Origin: Candidatus Eiseniibacteriota bacterium
GTDB lineage: Bacteria > Eisenbacteria > RBG-16-71-46 > CAIMUX01 > VGJL01
Assembly: GCA_041946735.1 (NCBI GenBank)
Contig: JBHGAY010000022.1
Span: 1-64,000, forward strand
Length of the DNA: 64,000 nucleotides
Direction of reading: 5' to 3'
In this document: positions 20,105 to 29,657 of the stretch, piece by piece
How the letters are laid out: every line of letters begins with the position of its first letter
How positions within the stretch are numbered: position 1 is the stretch's first letter
Translations under genes and position numbers: made by a program
Notes under the pieces: model-generated
What the model was told of the DNA's origin: nothing
What the model saw: the letters and a program-made list of their open reading frames with translations, nothing else
The model's database searches: none

Positions 20105-21261
20105 TGAGCACGCGGGTCTTCGATGCGATCGTCGTGGGTGCGGGGAGCGTCGGGCTGCCGACCGCCCTCGCGCTCGCGAACGCGGGGATGAAGCCGCTCG
20201 TCATCGACCAGTTCCCCGCTCCCGGACAGGGGAGCAACAAGGCGGCGATCGGCGGCATCCGCGCGACGCACTCCTCGCCCGCCAAGATCCGGCTCTCGCT
20301 CGACTCGCTGCGCATCTTCTCGAGCTGGAAGGAGGAGCACGGCGACGAGATCGAGTGGCAGCAGAACGGCTACTGCTTCGTCGCCTACACGCCGCGCGAG
20401 GAGAAGACGCTGAAGGACCTGCTCCAGGTCCAGTTGCGCTACGGCCTGAACATCCGCTGGCTGGACGCGGCGGATCTGCTCGAAGTCGTCCCGGCGCTCC
20501 AGCCGGAGGGGCTGATCGGCGGCACGTTCTCGCCCGAGGACGGGTCGGCCTCGCCGCTTCTCTCCAGCCAGGGGTTCTACCGCGCGGCGCGGCGCTTGGG
20601 CGTCGAGTTCCGTTTCGGCGAGCGCGTGCTCGGCGTGATCCGCAGGCGCGGCCGGATCGCGGGGGTGCGGACGCAGGGGGGCGGCTACGCCTCGGAGACC
20701 GTGATCAACGCGGGAGGCGCGTGGGCGCGCTCGCTCTCGCAGGCGGCGGGGATCGACGTGCCTGTCGTGCCGGACAGCCACGAGGCGGGGATCACCGAGC
20801 CGGTCGCGCCGTTCCTGCGGCCGATGCTCGTCGACATCCGCCCCTGGCCGGGAGCGAAGAACTACTACTTCTACCAGCACAAACCGGGATCGATCGTCTT
20901 CTGCATCACGCCCGATCCGCCGATTGTCGGGACGGACCGGCGCGAGACCTCGAGCTTCCTGCCGACGATCGCGCCGCACATGGTCCGGCTCGTCCCGAAG
21001 CTCGCGAACATCAAGGTCCGGCGGACGTGGCGCGGCCTCTACCCGATGACCCCCGACGGCTCGCCGATCGTCGGCTGGTCGCAGGAGATCGAGGGCTACC
21101 TGCACGCGGTCGGCATGTGCGGACAGGGCTATATGCTCGGGCCGGGCGTCGGCTCGCTGGTCGCGCGGATGGTGACGCGCTCGCTCGAGGCGGAGGACGA
21201 GGAGATCCTGCAGGAGCTGTCGCCGTACCGCCGCTTCGCGGGCGAGGAGGCGCTGAAGTAG
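20104..21261 (+). CDS. FAD-dependent amino-acid oxidoreductase (sarcosine oxidase beta/DAO family)
   Basis: VVGAGSVG, VINAGGAW, RTWRGLYPMTPDGSPIVG; TGATG overlap with the upstream gene. Confidence 0.88.
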   Translation: MSTRVFDAIVVGAGSVGLPTALALANAGMKPLVIDQFPAPGQGSNKAAIGGIRATHSSPAKIRLSLDSLRIFSSWKEEHGDEIEWQQNGYCFVAYTPREEKTLKDLLQVQLRYGLNIRWLDAADLLEVVPALQPEGLIGGTFSPEDGSASPLLSSQGFYRAARRLGVEFRFGERVLGVIRRRGRIAGVRTQGGGYASETVINAGGAWARSLSQAAGIDVPVVPDSHEAGITEPVAPFLRPMLVDIRPWPGAKNYYFYQHKPGSIVFCITPDPPIVGTDRRETSSFLPTIAPHMVRLVPKLANIKVRRTWRGLYPMTPDGSPIVGWSQEIEGYLHAVGMCGQGYMLGPGVGSLVARMVTRSLEAEDEEILQELSPYRRFAGEEALK

Positions 21262-21278
21262 GGAACCCTCTGGTCAGG

Positions 21279-23126
21279 CTATCGAACGAGCGTCACGCGC
21301 CCTGTGCCTTGAAGCCCGCGCCCGTCGATCCGGTAGAGATAGACCCCGTTGGGGAGGCACCGGCCGGCGTCGTCTCTTCCATCCCAGACGATTCGGGACC
21401 CGCCTCTCGTAGCGAGAGACGCGGGCGCGCCCGGCCACAGAGGCAGCGACCGCACCTTCCGTCCGCCGGCGTCAAAGAGGCTCACGGCCGCCGTTCCGAG
21501 CGAGCTTGTGAGGGCCTCCAGCAGCGGTGTCCCGCTGTCGTCTGACGATTCGATGCTGAACTCGGTCGACCAGGCGAACGGGTTTGGCTGCGCGCTGATC
21601 CGCCACGCGGTTCGTAGGATCGGTTCCGGCGCGCTTGTGACATCGAGCAGCGCTGGCACCGCCAGCACGAGGTTCGGGCGCGTGCCGATTTCGCGATCGC
21701 CGGTGTGAGGGGTCCCGGTTTCGTGGAGGACGGAACGCAGTCGATACGGATCGACCGGCGTGCCGAAATACACGCGGGAGATCCCAAGAAGCGAAACGGC
21801 CGCGCCCGCGACCATGCCGGTCGCTCCGGAGGTGTGGCTGAACATCGCCGTATATCTCGTCTCAGGCGAGCCTCCGTTGTACAAGTCGCCGTATCCCGCG
21901 GTCACGATCCTCTCTCCCCAGCCGTTCACGTCGATCCGGCTTCCGTAGTTGGAGTCCTCATCGGCGTCAAGATCCTCGGGATGCCCGGCTGCCACCATGA
22001 TCGCGCCGGAATCGCGGACGTTGCGGTCGAACATCCCCTCGTAGCCCGGGTCGTCCAGGTTGATGTGGCTGTTGCCGGCCGCCTCGACGCACGTGATCCC
22101 GCGTCCCCAGACGCCCGTCCAGATCACGTCGTAGCAGGCCTGGACCCCTTCGAGCGGCAGGAAATTGACGCCGACCTCGATGTACCAGACATCACCGTAG
22201 TCGAGCTGATCGATCGCGCGTTGGCAGTACTCTCCCATCGTGTCGACGTCGAAGTTCTGCACTCCGTAGAGCGCCTCGGGAGCGAATCCCCGGATGCCGA
22301 ACCCGTTGTGCGCGCCGATGACCTCACCGAGAGCGGCCAGCTCATGGTTGCTGTAGTTCGGGCTCACGCCGTCTTCATAGAAGAGCTTCGCCGGGTCGAA
22401 GTCCTCGTGTCGGGCGGGGCCGGCGAAGAGCTCCAGATCGATGACTCGTTCACCAGCGCCGAGGCCGCCGGGGTAGGCCCAGGCGGCGGGCGCGCCGAAC
22501 CCGATCGGCGGATCGTAGAGATACCCCTGGAGGCCGCTGAAGTCGGGCGTCCGGTCGCCCGCCATTCGTTGTTCACGCGACTGCGCGGCGGCCCCCGTCG
22601 CGCTCGCCTCCCTGTCAGCAATGACGACACGGGATCCGGTCATGGTCAGCGATTGAGGAATCGGCGCCGGATGTGCGATCTCGACGCAGGGGAGTTCGTT
22701 CAGGGAATTCACCAGGCGCGCCACCGCCGCCGCACCACCATCGATATGAATGTCGAACCAGAGCGACAGATCCGGACCGACCACCCCGGCGCGCCGCTCG
22801 CCGGCATCCTTCCAGGAGCGGAGGAGCGAGCGGTCATGGCTCAGCATCGGGCGCACGATGCGAACGGCTTCCCGTTGAACCACCTCGTTCAGCTTCGTGA
22901 GATCGAGCCCCGACGGATCGACGAACCGGCCGTCTTCGAGGCGGACCTCGGATCGCTCGACGAACTTCACCTGCAACCAGGCGTCGGAGAAGCCCGCCAT
23001 CTTCCCCGCTTCCCAGAGCTGTACCGGGCCGACCGGTCTCGTGTTTCGATCGATGGCGTGCGCCGAGATCGCGATCGCGGCGATGAGAACGAGCGCGAGT
23101 GCCGTTCCGAGAGCGAGCCGTCTCAT
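21279..23126 (-). CDS. Secreted subtilisin-like (S8) protease with C-terminal FlgD-Ig-like domain
   Basis: Signal peptide; VIDLE, NH, EAAGN, SNYGSRIDVNGWG, FSHTSGAT; tail WDGRDDAGRCLPNGVY. Confidence 0.78.
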   Translation of the reverse strand: MRRLALGTALALVLIAAIAISAHAIDRNTRPVGPVQLWEAGKMAGFSDAWLQVKFVERSEVRLEDGRFVDPSGLDLTKLNEVVQREAVRIVRPMLSHDRSLLRSWKDAGERRAGVVGPDLSLWFDIHIDGGAAAVARLVNSLNELPCVEIAHPAPIPQSLTMTGSRVVIADREASATGAAAQSREQRMAGDRTPDFSGLQGYLYDPPIGFGAPAAWAYPGGLGAGERVIDLELFAGPARHEDFDPAKLFYEDGVSPNYSNHELAALGEVIGAHNGFGIRGFAPEALYGVQNFDVDTMGEYCQRAIDQLDYGDVWYIEVGVNFLPLEGVQACYDVIWTGVWGRGITCVEAAGNSHINLDDPGYEGMFDRNVRDSGAIMVAAGHPEDLDADEDSNYGSRIDVNGWGERIVTAGYGDLYNGGSPETRYTAMFSHTSGATGMVAGAAVSLLGISRVYFGTPVDPYRLRSVLHETGTPHTGDREIGTRPNLVLAVPALLDVTSAPEPILRTAWRISAQPNPFAWSTEFSIESSDDSGTPLLEALTSSLGTAAVSLFDAGGRKVRSLPLWPGAPASLATRGGSRIVWDGRDDAGRCLPNGVYLYRIDGRGLQGTGRVTLVR

Positions 23127-23186
23127 GGTAGCCCTCCTCGAGCCGAGTTCCTGGTGGGAACCGTCAGCCCAACCTCAGCGGAGACA

Positions 23187-23192
23187 ATTATA
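23187..23192 (-). promoter_or_regulatory. Candidate -10 box (TATAAT) for the S8 protease gene
   Basis: Perfect TATAAT on the minus strand ~60 nt upstream of the start in a GC-rich context; no clear -35. Confidence 0.45.
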
Positions 23193-23432
23193 CATCGGGA
23201 ATATCATCGGGCGCCCGGACAGACGCCCCGAGTTGCGATTGAGAAGGTCGTCGGGGTTGGCCATCGGTTCTCGTCGGAGCGCGGCAGTGAACAGCGCTGC
23301 CGCTGTCATTTCCTCTCCTGAGAAATCCGGCTAGCGCCGGCCTCCGACTCCTGCCAGAATTCCCCCGCTCAGTCGAGGACCCGACTCGCCGTCGTTCCGT
23401 CCCAAGGGAGCACTCCCGAGGAGGTCGATCGC

Positions 23433-25370
23433 ATGTCCGTCGAGAAGCGCGCGCGTCCCGAGACGCAGGATCCCTACGAGGAATACGAGCTTCCGGTCGA
23501 GGGTTTCCAGGGAAGCCCGGAGGAGATCGAACGCCAGTGGTATGAGAAGTGCTACCTCGGGCGCGGCGACACCGTGAGGCAGCTCACGTGGCGCGCCGTC
23601 ATCATGGGATGGGCGCTGGGAGGGATCCTCTCGCTCACGAACATCTACGTCGGCCTCAAGGCCGGTTGGGCCTTCGGAGTCGCGATCACCGCCTGCATCC
23701 TCTCCTACGCGATCTGGACCGGCTTCTACCGCCTGAAGCTCGCTCGCACGCAGATGACGATCCTCGAGAACAACTGCATGCAGTCGACGGCGAGCGCGGC
23801 AGGCTACTCGACCGGCGGGACGCTGATCTCGGCGTTCGCCGCCTACATCCTGATCAACAATCAGACGCTGCCCCTCTCCCTGATGCTCGGGTGGGTCTTC
23901 TTCGTCGCGATTCTCGGCGTGACGATGGCCGTCCCGATGAAGCGGCAGATGATCAACGTCGAGCAGCTCCGCTTCCCGAGCGGGATCGCCGCCGCCGAGA
24001 CGCTTCGGGCGCTGCACTCGAAGGGGGAGAAGGGGATCCGCGCCGCGCGCGCTCTCGGAATCAGCGGCATCGTCGCCGCGCTGAGCGCGTTTCTGACCGA
24101 CGGCCTGCGGCTGATCAGCCCGAAGCTCGAGTCGCTGCAGATCTCCTCGCTGGTCACCCGCTTCAACACGGCGACCCTGGGGGCGTCGTGGACCGGCCGG
24201 ACGGTCGCGTTCGCCTGGGACCCGATCTTCATCGCCGCGGGGATGTTCGTCGGCATGCGGGTGGGGCTCAGCATGCTGGTGGGCTCCATCACCTGCTGGA
24301 TGATCTTCGTCCCCTGGCTTCAGGCGAACGTCCCCGAAGCGGCGGGGGTCGTCGGATTCCGCTTGCTGGTCCAGTGGACGCTGTGGGCCGGGACGGCCTG
24401 CATGGTCACCTCGGGAATCCTGGCGGTCGCCTTTCAGTGGAAGAGCGCCCTGCGCGCCTTCCAGGGCCTCGGAGACATGCTGTTGAAGCGGGACGGACCG
24501 AGCGGCAAGCGTGATCGCATGGCGGCGATCGAGACGCCCGGCTCCTGGTTCTTGATGGGGCAGCTCCTGAGCCTGGTCGCGCTAGCGATTCTGGCCCACG
24601 CGAGCTTCGGGATGCCGTACTGGCAGAGCGTGATCGCGGTGCTGCTCTCCTTCGCGCTCGCGCTCGTCGCCTGCCGCGTAACGGGGGAGACGGACACGAC
24701 GCCGGTCGGGGCGATGGGAAAGATCACGCAGCTCACCTTCGGCGCCCTCTCGCCCGCCAACACGACGGTGAACCTGATGAGCGCCAACATCACGGCGGGC
24801 TCGGCGACGTCTTCCGCCGATCTGCTCACCGACCTGAAGAGCGGCTATCTCCTCGGAGCGCATCCGCGCAAGCAGTTCATCGCCCAGTTTGCCGGGATCT
24901 TCATCGGGACGATCGTCACGGTGCTCGCCTTCCGTGTGCTGGTCCCCGACGCCGCCTCGATCGGGACCGAGCAGTTCCCCGCGCCGGCCGCGCAGACCTG
25001 GAAGGGGGTCGCCGAGGCGATGTCGCAGGGCTTGAGCACGATGCATCCGGTGAAGATCTGGTGCATCGTGATCGGCGGGCTCGTGGGAATCCTCCTGCCT
25101 TTGCTTTCCCGGCTGTTCCCGAAGCAGCAGAAGTGGATCCCCTCGCCCGCGGGCGTGGGCCTGGCGTGGGTCTTCCAGTGGTACTACGGGCTGCTCTTCT
25201 TCCTCGGCGCGGTGATCGGGATGATCTGGCAGAAGCGGAACGAGAAGCACTGTGAGGAGTACCTGTTCCCCGTCGCCTCGGGGGTGGTCGCGGGCGGCGC
25301 CCTCATGGGCGTGCTGCTCGTCTTCTGGGAGAACGGCGCGGAGATCGTGAAGCAGCTGCTCGGGAGGTAG
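23433..25370 (+). CDS. OPT family oligopeptide transporter
   Basis: QLTWRAVIMG, NIYVGLKAG, LENNCMQS, LRFPSGIAAA, DLKSGYLLG, FPAPAAQTW; many TM helices. Confidence 0.92.
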   Translation: MSVEKRARPETQDPYEEYELPVEGFQGSPEEIERQWYEKCYLGRGDTVRQLTWRAVIMGWALGGILSLTNIYVGLKAGWAFGVAITACILSYAIWTGFYRLKLARTQMTILENNCMQSTASAAGYSTGGTLISAFAAYILINNQTLPLSLMLGWVFFVAILGVTMAVPMKRQMINVEQLRFPSGIAAAETLRALHSKGEKGIRAARALGISGIVAALSAFLTDGLRLISPKLESLQISSLVTRFNTATLGASWTGRTVAFAWDPIFIAAGMFVGMRVGLSMLVGSITCWMIFVPWLQANVPEAAGVVGFRLLVQWTLWAGTACMVTSGILAVAFQWKSALRAFQGLGDMLLKRDGPSGKRDRMAAIETPGSWFLMGQLLSLVALAILAHASFGMPYWQSVIAVLLSFALALVACRVTGETDTTPVGAMGKITQLTFGALSPANTTVNLMSANITAGSATSSADLLTDLKSGYLLGAHPRKQFIAQFAGIFIGTIVTVLAFRVLVPDAASIGTEQFPAPAAQTWKGVAEAMSQGLSTMHPVKIWCIVIGGLVGILLPLLSRLFPKQQKWIPSPAGVGLAWVFQWYYGLLFFLGAVIGMIWQKRNEKHCEEYLFPVASGVVAGGALMGVLLVFWENGAEIVKQLLGR

Positions 25371-25519
25371 GCGGCTGGGGTTCGCTGGACCGGGGTCGGG
25401 CTAGGTCTCTCTTCTCTCGAAGCGTATGCTGGCACTGCTTCGATTCCGCGGCCGGCGTGGACCTTCCGCGCCGGCGAGCGAAGATGGCCGATGTCTTGGT
25501 TATCAGGGAGGTGGATTCC

Positions 25520-25975
25520 ATGGGATTTCTCGATGGACTGTTGAAGCAAGTGCTGGGGGGGCAAGGCGGTGGCAACGCGATGAGCGGCATGGTCGAAATG
25601 GTGACGAAGAACCCGCAGATCCTCGCGGCTCTGACCAGCCTTCTCAGCACGCGGGATGCCGCAGTCGGCGGCAGCGGGGGGCTCGGGGGCCTTGTCGGCG
25701 CCTTCCAGAAGCAGGGCCTTGGCGACATGATCTCGTCCTGGATCTCGACGGGACCCAATCCGCAGATCTCCACGGCCCAGCTCACGGAGGTCCTGGGCGG
25801 CGACACGATCAACCAGTTTGCGAAGAAGGCGGGGGTGCCGGTCGCCGAAGCGGGATCGCTCCTCGCCGGAATGCTCCCCGCTCTGATCGATCATCTGACA
25901 CCGGATGGAAAGATGCCGGATACGGACTCGCTGGAGGGTTCCCTGAGTTCGCTGCTCGCCGGGCTCGGACGCTAG
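25520..25975 (+). CDS. YidB-like (DUF937) protein
   Basis: GGLGGLVGAFQKQGLGDMISSWISTGPN...LPALIDHLTPDG; GGAGG SD. Confidence 0.85.
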   Translation: MGFLDGLLKQVLGGQGGGNAMSGMVEMVTKNPQILAALTSLLSTRDAAVGGSGGLGGLVGAFQKQGLGDMISSWISTGPNPQISTAQLTEVLGGDTINQFAKKAGVPVAEAGSLLAGMLPALIDHLTPDGKMPDTDSLEGSLSSLLAGLGR

Positions 25976-26002
25976 ATCACCGGGAGGACAGGAGGACCGA
26001 TC

Positions 26003-26410
26003 ATGAGCCTATTGGGGAAGATCCTGGAGAAGCTGGGCTTGAAGCGTGAAGCCGAGCCTGTCGCTCCCGCTCCTCAACCCAAGCCCATGCCCCAGGCCGC
26101 GCCCGCGACGCCCGCGCCGGCCGGGCCGGCAGCTCCAACCCCGATCCCGATGGTGGACGTGGTCAGCAAGCTCGAAGGGCTCGCCGCTGCGCACGGCCAG
26201 AAGCTCAACTGGAAGGTCTCGATCGTCGACCTGCTGAAACTGCTCGGACTGGAGAGCAGCCTTGCGGAGCGTAAGGAGCTTGCGATCGAACTAGGGTGTC
26301 CGGCGGAGAAGATGGGCGATTCGGCGCAAATGAACATGTGGCTGCACAAGACCGTGCTCCGGAAGCTCGCCGAGAATGGCGGCAACATTCCGAAGGAGCT
26401 GCTGGACTAA
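26003..26410 (+). CDS. DUF3597 family protein
   Basis: LNWKVSIVDLLKLLGLESSL...DSAQMNMWLHKTVLRKLAENGG. Confidence 0.85.
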   Translation: MSLLGKILEKLGLKREAEPVAPAPQPKPMPQAAPATPAPAGPAAPTPIPMVDVVSKLEGLAAAHGQKLNWKVSIVDLLKLLGLESSLAERKELAIELGCPAEKMGDSAQMNMWLHKTVLRKLAENGGNIPKELLD

Positions 26411-26550
26411 GGCCGCTTCCACGCTGAAGAGGTTTTCCGCGCTTCGCGCTTCCGCGACCGTCAGCTCGGTTCGCGTGGGCCGAAGCGCTGGAAACCTCGG
26501 CGTGTGGCATCCGCTGGCTGGCCGCCCCGTCCTTCGTCGGACCGGAGCTC

Positions 26551-27906
26551 TCACGAACCCTTTCCAGCGTGCACCTGGACCATCACCCATTGGTCGGGAT
26601 CGTAGAACTCCCGGATGAATCGATTCACCTCGTCGAGCGGGAGCTCTCCGGCCCGCCGTACGAGCTCAGAGCTGAAGTCAGGTGGAAAGCCACAGAGGCG
26701 GTCCCGCAGGGCACGGTCGAGGATCTGCGCGGGCGTCTCGCGAGCGAAGGCCAGCCTGCCGCTGAGCGCGGACACCGCCAGGGATCTCTCCTCCTCCGTG
26801 ATTCCCTCCTCCTGGAATCGGCGGACGATCTCGCGAAGGCGCGCTTCCGTCTGCTCCGCATGATTCGAGCTACATGAGGTCGTAATCGTGACCGGTCCCG
26901 GCTCGACGTAGGAATAGTCCCGAGCGCCCGTCTCGTAGACTTCCCCGAACTCGTGGCGAAGGCCGTTGTACAGCCTGGAATGGAAATGTCCGCCCAGCGC
27001 ATGGCCGGCGATCATCAGGCTGAGATGGCCGGGCTCGGTCCAGCACGGTCCGATGCGCGTCCAGGCGAAGTAGGTCTTCGTCAGTTTCGGGATCTTCCCC
27101 TCCCGCACTTCCGACGGATCCGAGACGGCCGGCAAGGCGAGACCGCGGATCTCCATTCCCTCGGGCGGGGACTGCGTTGCAGGGGGCAGCAGCACCCCGG
27201 CCAATCGGATCGCGTCCTCCAGCCGCAGGTCGCCCCAGAAGCCGATCATCCGTCCCGGGCTCCGTATGATCTCGTCGCGAGCGTCCGCCAGGGTTTTGAC
27301 ATCGGTCGACACGCGGGGTCGCGGGGTGTATGACACACGCCGCGGGTCATCCTCCGTCAGAAGGATCTCGTGGGCCAGCTTGACCGCAACGTACGAGGGT
27401 CTCGTCAGCTGCTGCTTCCACTCCAGGCGATTGTTCTCTTCCATCCGTCGCAGCTCCGCGACGTCGAACGAGCGATTCTTCAGAACATCCCGGACAATCG
27501 CGATCAGCGCCGGCAAGTCCTCGTGCTCGCACTTGCCGGTCAGCTGGTAGGCGCGGCTCCAGATGTCCAGCCTCAAGTCCGCCCCGAGAGAGTCGATCCG
27601 TGCGCGCAGCCGCCCGGCCGGATCATAGATCTGAATGTCAAACGCCTCACGGCCATGGTTGCGCCGCGTCCACTCGCACCAGCTACCGCCGGGGAAGAGG
27701 ATCTCGACCCCCGCAACGGGGGCGCGATGATCCTCGACCAGCACGCAGCGCGTGGAATCCGCGAGCGTCCACCAGACGCCTGAGGAGGGATCGAGAACCG
27801 GTCTGGGGGCTTGCGTCTCGGACCGTGAGGGCTCCGCGCCGGACAATCCTGCAAGCAGGAGGGACGAAAGGACGACCACCGCCTTGACAAGACTCGAGGC
27901 GCTCAT
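26551..27906 (-). CDS. M16 peptidase-like subunit lacking HxxEH (probably non-catalytic partner)
   Basis: Signal-peptide-like N-terminus; LVEDHRAPV, ALGGHFHSRLYNGLR, GITEEE; overlaps the stop of the upstream M16 gene. Confidence 0.75.
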   Translation of the reverse strand: MSASSLVKAVVVLSSLLLAGLSGAEPSRSETQAPRPVLDPSSGVWWTLADSTRCVLVEDHRAPVAGVEILFPGGSWCEWTRRNHGREAFDIQIYDPAGRLRARIDSLGADLRLDIWSRAYQLTGKCEHEDLPALIAIVRDVLKNRSFDVAELRRMEENNRLEWKQQLTRPSYVAVKLAHEILLTEDDPRRVSYTPRPRVSTDVKTLADARDEIIRSPGRMIGFWGDLRLEDAIRLAGVLLPPATQSPPEGMEIRGLALPAVSDPSEVREGKIPKLTKTYFAWTRIGPCWTEPGHLSLMIAGHALGGHFHSRLYNGLRHEFGEVYETGARDYSYVEPGPVTITTSCSSNHAEQTEARLREIVRRFQEEGITEEERSLAVSALSGRLAFARETPAQILDRALRDRLCGFPPDFSSELVRRAGELPLDEVNRFIREFYDPDQWVMVQVHAGKGS

Positions 27907-29369
27907 AGGATCCCCCACCGCCTCGCGACCGGGTAGAGGCGGCCGAATGTCTTGACATACCAGGGGACGTGCTCGGGACGGACGTAGATCCGGACGGCAG
28001 TGGCATCGAGCACGTATCTCCGGAAGACGTCGGCCACCTGGTCGTACGTCACCCGGCGGAACTTCTCTCTTCTGTCGAATGCCAACGCCGGATCTCCGAA
28101 CCACCAGCCCATCCTGGCGATGATCTTGGCGCGCGCCTCCGCGAAGTAGACCGATTCGTCGTCGCTCCTCAGCCGCTTCCGCAACGCCGCATCGAACGAG
28201 GCGGGAGTCAGCCATTCCATGCGCCCCAGCTCGCGGACGCTCTCCTCGAGGTGCCGGAACTGATCGTCCTTCGACACGTACGGGAGAGCGGCGGAACCGA
28301 AAAAGATCGCGCCCCCGCGTCGAGCCTGCTGGACGACGGTCGCCGCATCGACCGCACGCCCCCTTCTGGTGACCAGGTCCTCCTTGAACGGGTCCACCTG
28401 CCCGGCGACGAGCATCATCCGCAAGATCTCGATCGCCCAATAGTCCGGAGACGTGACCGGCGGCAGAAGATACGCAAGGACGGCCAGATTCGCGGGAGGC
28501 ACATTCTCGGTAATGTCCACCTGGGGTTGGAGAGTCCAGGCCATGAGATCCGGAGGGTCCGCCGGAGTCTCGCCAGCCGCCGGGATGGAGCCGAAGAGGC
28601 GAACGACGTCGTCGAAGGTTCGCGCCCCGTCGACCGGGCCGACGATCACGAGGTGCGCGTTCCTCGGACGGTAGTAGCGCTCATAGAAGGAGCGCATGTC
28701 CGCCACCGTCAGGCTACGGAGGTCCTCCTCCAGTCCAGTCGGACGGAGCGCGTAGGGGTGATCGCCCAGAATGGCTCTGCGGCCGGATTCCATCACGCGC
28801 GTCATCGGATCGTCCCGCGTGCTGCCTCGGAGCTCCTCGATCACGATCTTCCTCTCACGATCGAGGTTCTCCTGCCCGATGGAGAGACCAAGCATGCGGT
28901 CCGCCTCGATCGCGAGGACCTCGTCGTGGCCGGCCGGATCGATTTCCGACACGTAGTAGGTCTCGTCCCAGGATGTGTACGCGTTGTTCCGCCCGCCGTA
29001 GCGCTGATGGACCAGGTCGAGCTCGTCGGCTCCGTGGCTCGCCGTCCCGTGGAACATCATGTGCTCGAAGAGATGAGCGATGCCGCGCTGTCCGGCCGGC
29101 TCGTTCGCGGAGCCGATGTGGTACCAGAGATGCGTCGCGACGACGGGGTTCGCGGAATCGGGGAGGATCGTGACGCGCAGGCCGTTGGGAAGGGTTTCGT
29201 CGAGGAATCCCGGGGGTGTCGAAGCATGGGCGAGAGTCGCGAGCGCGACGGACGCGAGCAGGGCGAGCAGGGTTGGAACGGTTGGCAGGGCGGGCAGGGT
29301 AGGCAGGATTGGCAGGGCGGGCGCCCGAAGGCTGCGGCGGATCGTTCCGAGGAGCTTGTAAGGCCTCAT
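27903..29369 (-). CDS. M16 family zinc metallopeptidase (insulinase-like)
   Basis: LPNGLRV, WYHIGS, GIAHLFEHMMF, NAYTSWDET, ERKIVIEE. Confidence 0.9.
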   Translation of the reverse strand: MRPYKLLGTIRRSLRAPALPILPTLPALPTVPTLLALLASVALATLAHASTPPGFLDETLPNGLRVTILPDSANPVVATHLWYHIGSANEPAGQRGIAHLFEHMMFHGTASHGADELDLVHQRYGGRNNAYTSWDETYYVSEIDPAGHDEVLAIEADRMLGLSIGQENLDRERKIVIEELRGSTRDDPMTRVMESGRRAILGDHPYALRPTGLEEDLRSLTVADMRSFYERYYRPRNAHLVIVGPVDGARTFDDVVRLFGSIPAAGETPADPPDLMAWTLQPQVDITENVPPANLAVLAYLLPPVTSPDYWAIEILRMMLVAGQVDPFKEDLVTRRGRAVDAATVVQQARRGGAIFFGSAALPYVSKDDQFRHLEESVRELGRMEWLTPASFDAALRKRLRSDDESVYFAEARAKIIARMGWWFGDPALAFDRREKFRRVTYDQVADVFRRYVLDATAVRIYVRPEHVPWYVKTFGRLYPVARRWGIL

Positions 29370-29417
29370 GGGCGATTCCTTTCGGCTACAGAGGCACGAT
29401 CTTTTTCGCACGAGCGA

Positions 29418-29457
29418 TCATCGCTGCTTTTTTACGGCGACGACTCTAGCACCGCGG
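29418..29457 (-). repeat. Copy 1 of a 40-bp intergenic element containing an extended -10-like motif (TGCTAGAGT)
   Basis: 35/40 identical to 33322-33361 by manual alignment. Confidence 0.8.
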
Positions 29458-29560
29458 CACCGCCAGGGGAATGGAGAACCGACGAGGCGCCGCTGGGCAC
29501 CATGACTGCGTCGTTCTCGACAGGGAGCGGCGCACAGCCATCGTTCCGCGAATTGCGCGA

Positions 29561-29589
29561 TTGAACGGCAAGGGTCGCCAGTATATCCT
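29561..29589 (+). promoter_or_regulatory. Candidate sigma70 promoter TTGAAC-N17-TATCCT
   Basis: 17-nt spacing, ~70 nt upstream of ATG 29658. Confidence 0.5.
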
Positions 29590-29657
29590 TGTTGCCGTCG
29601 CAATCGATGCCCGTGATCCGACCGGGCTCTCGCTCGTGCACCAACAAGGAGGCCGCT

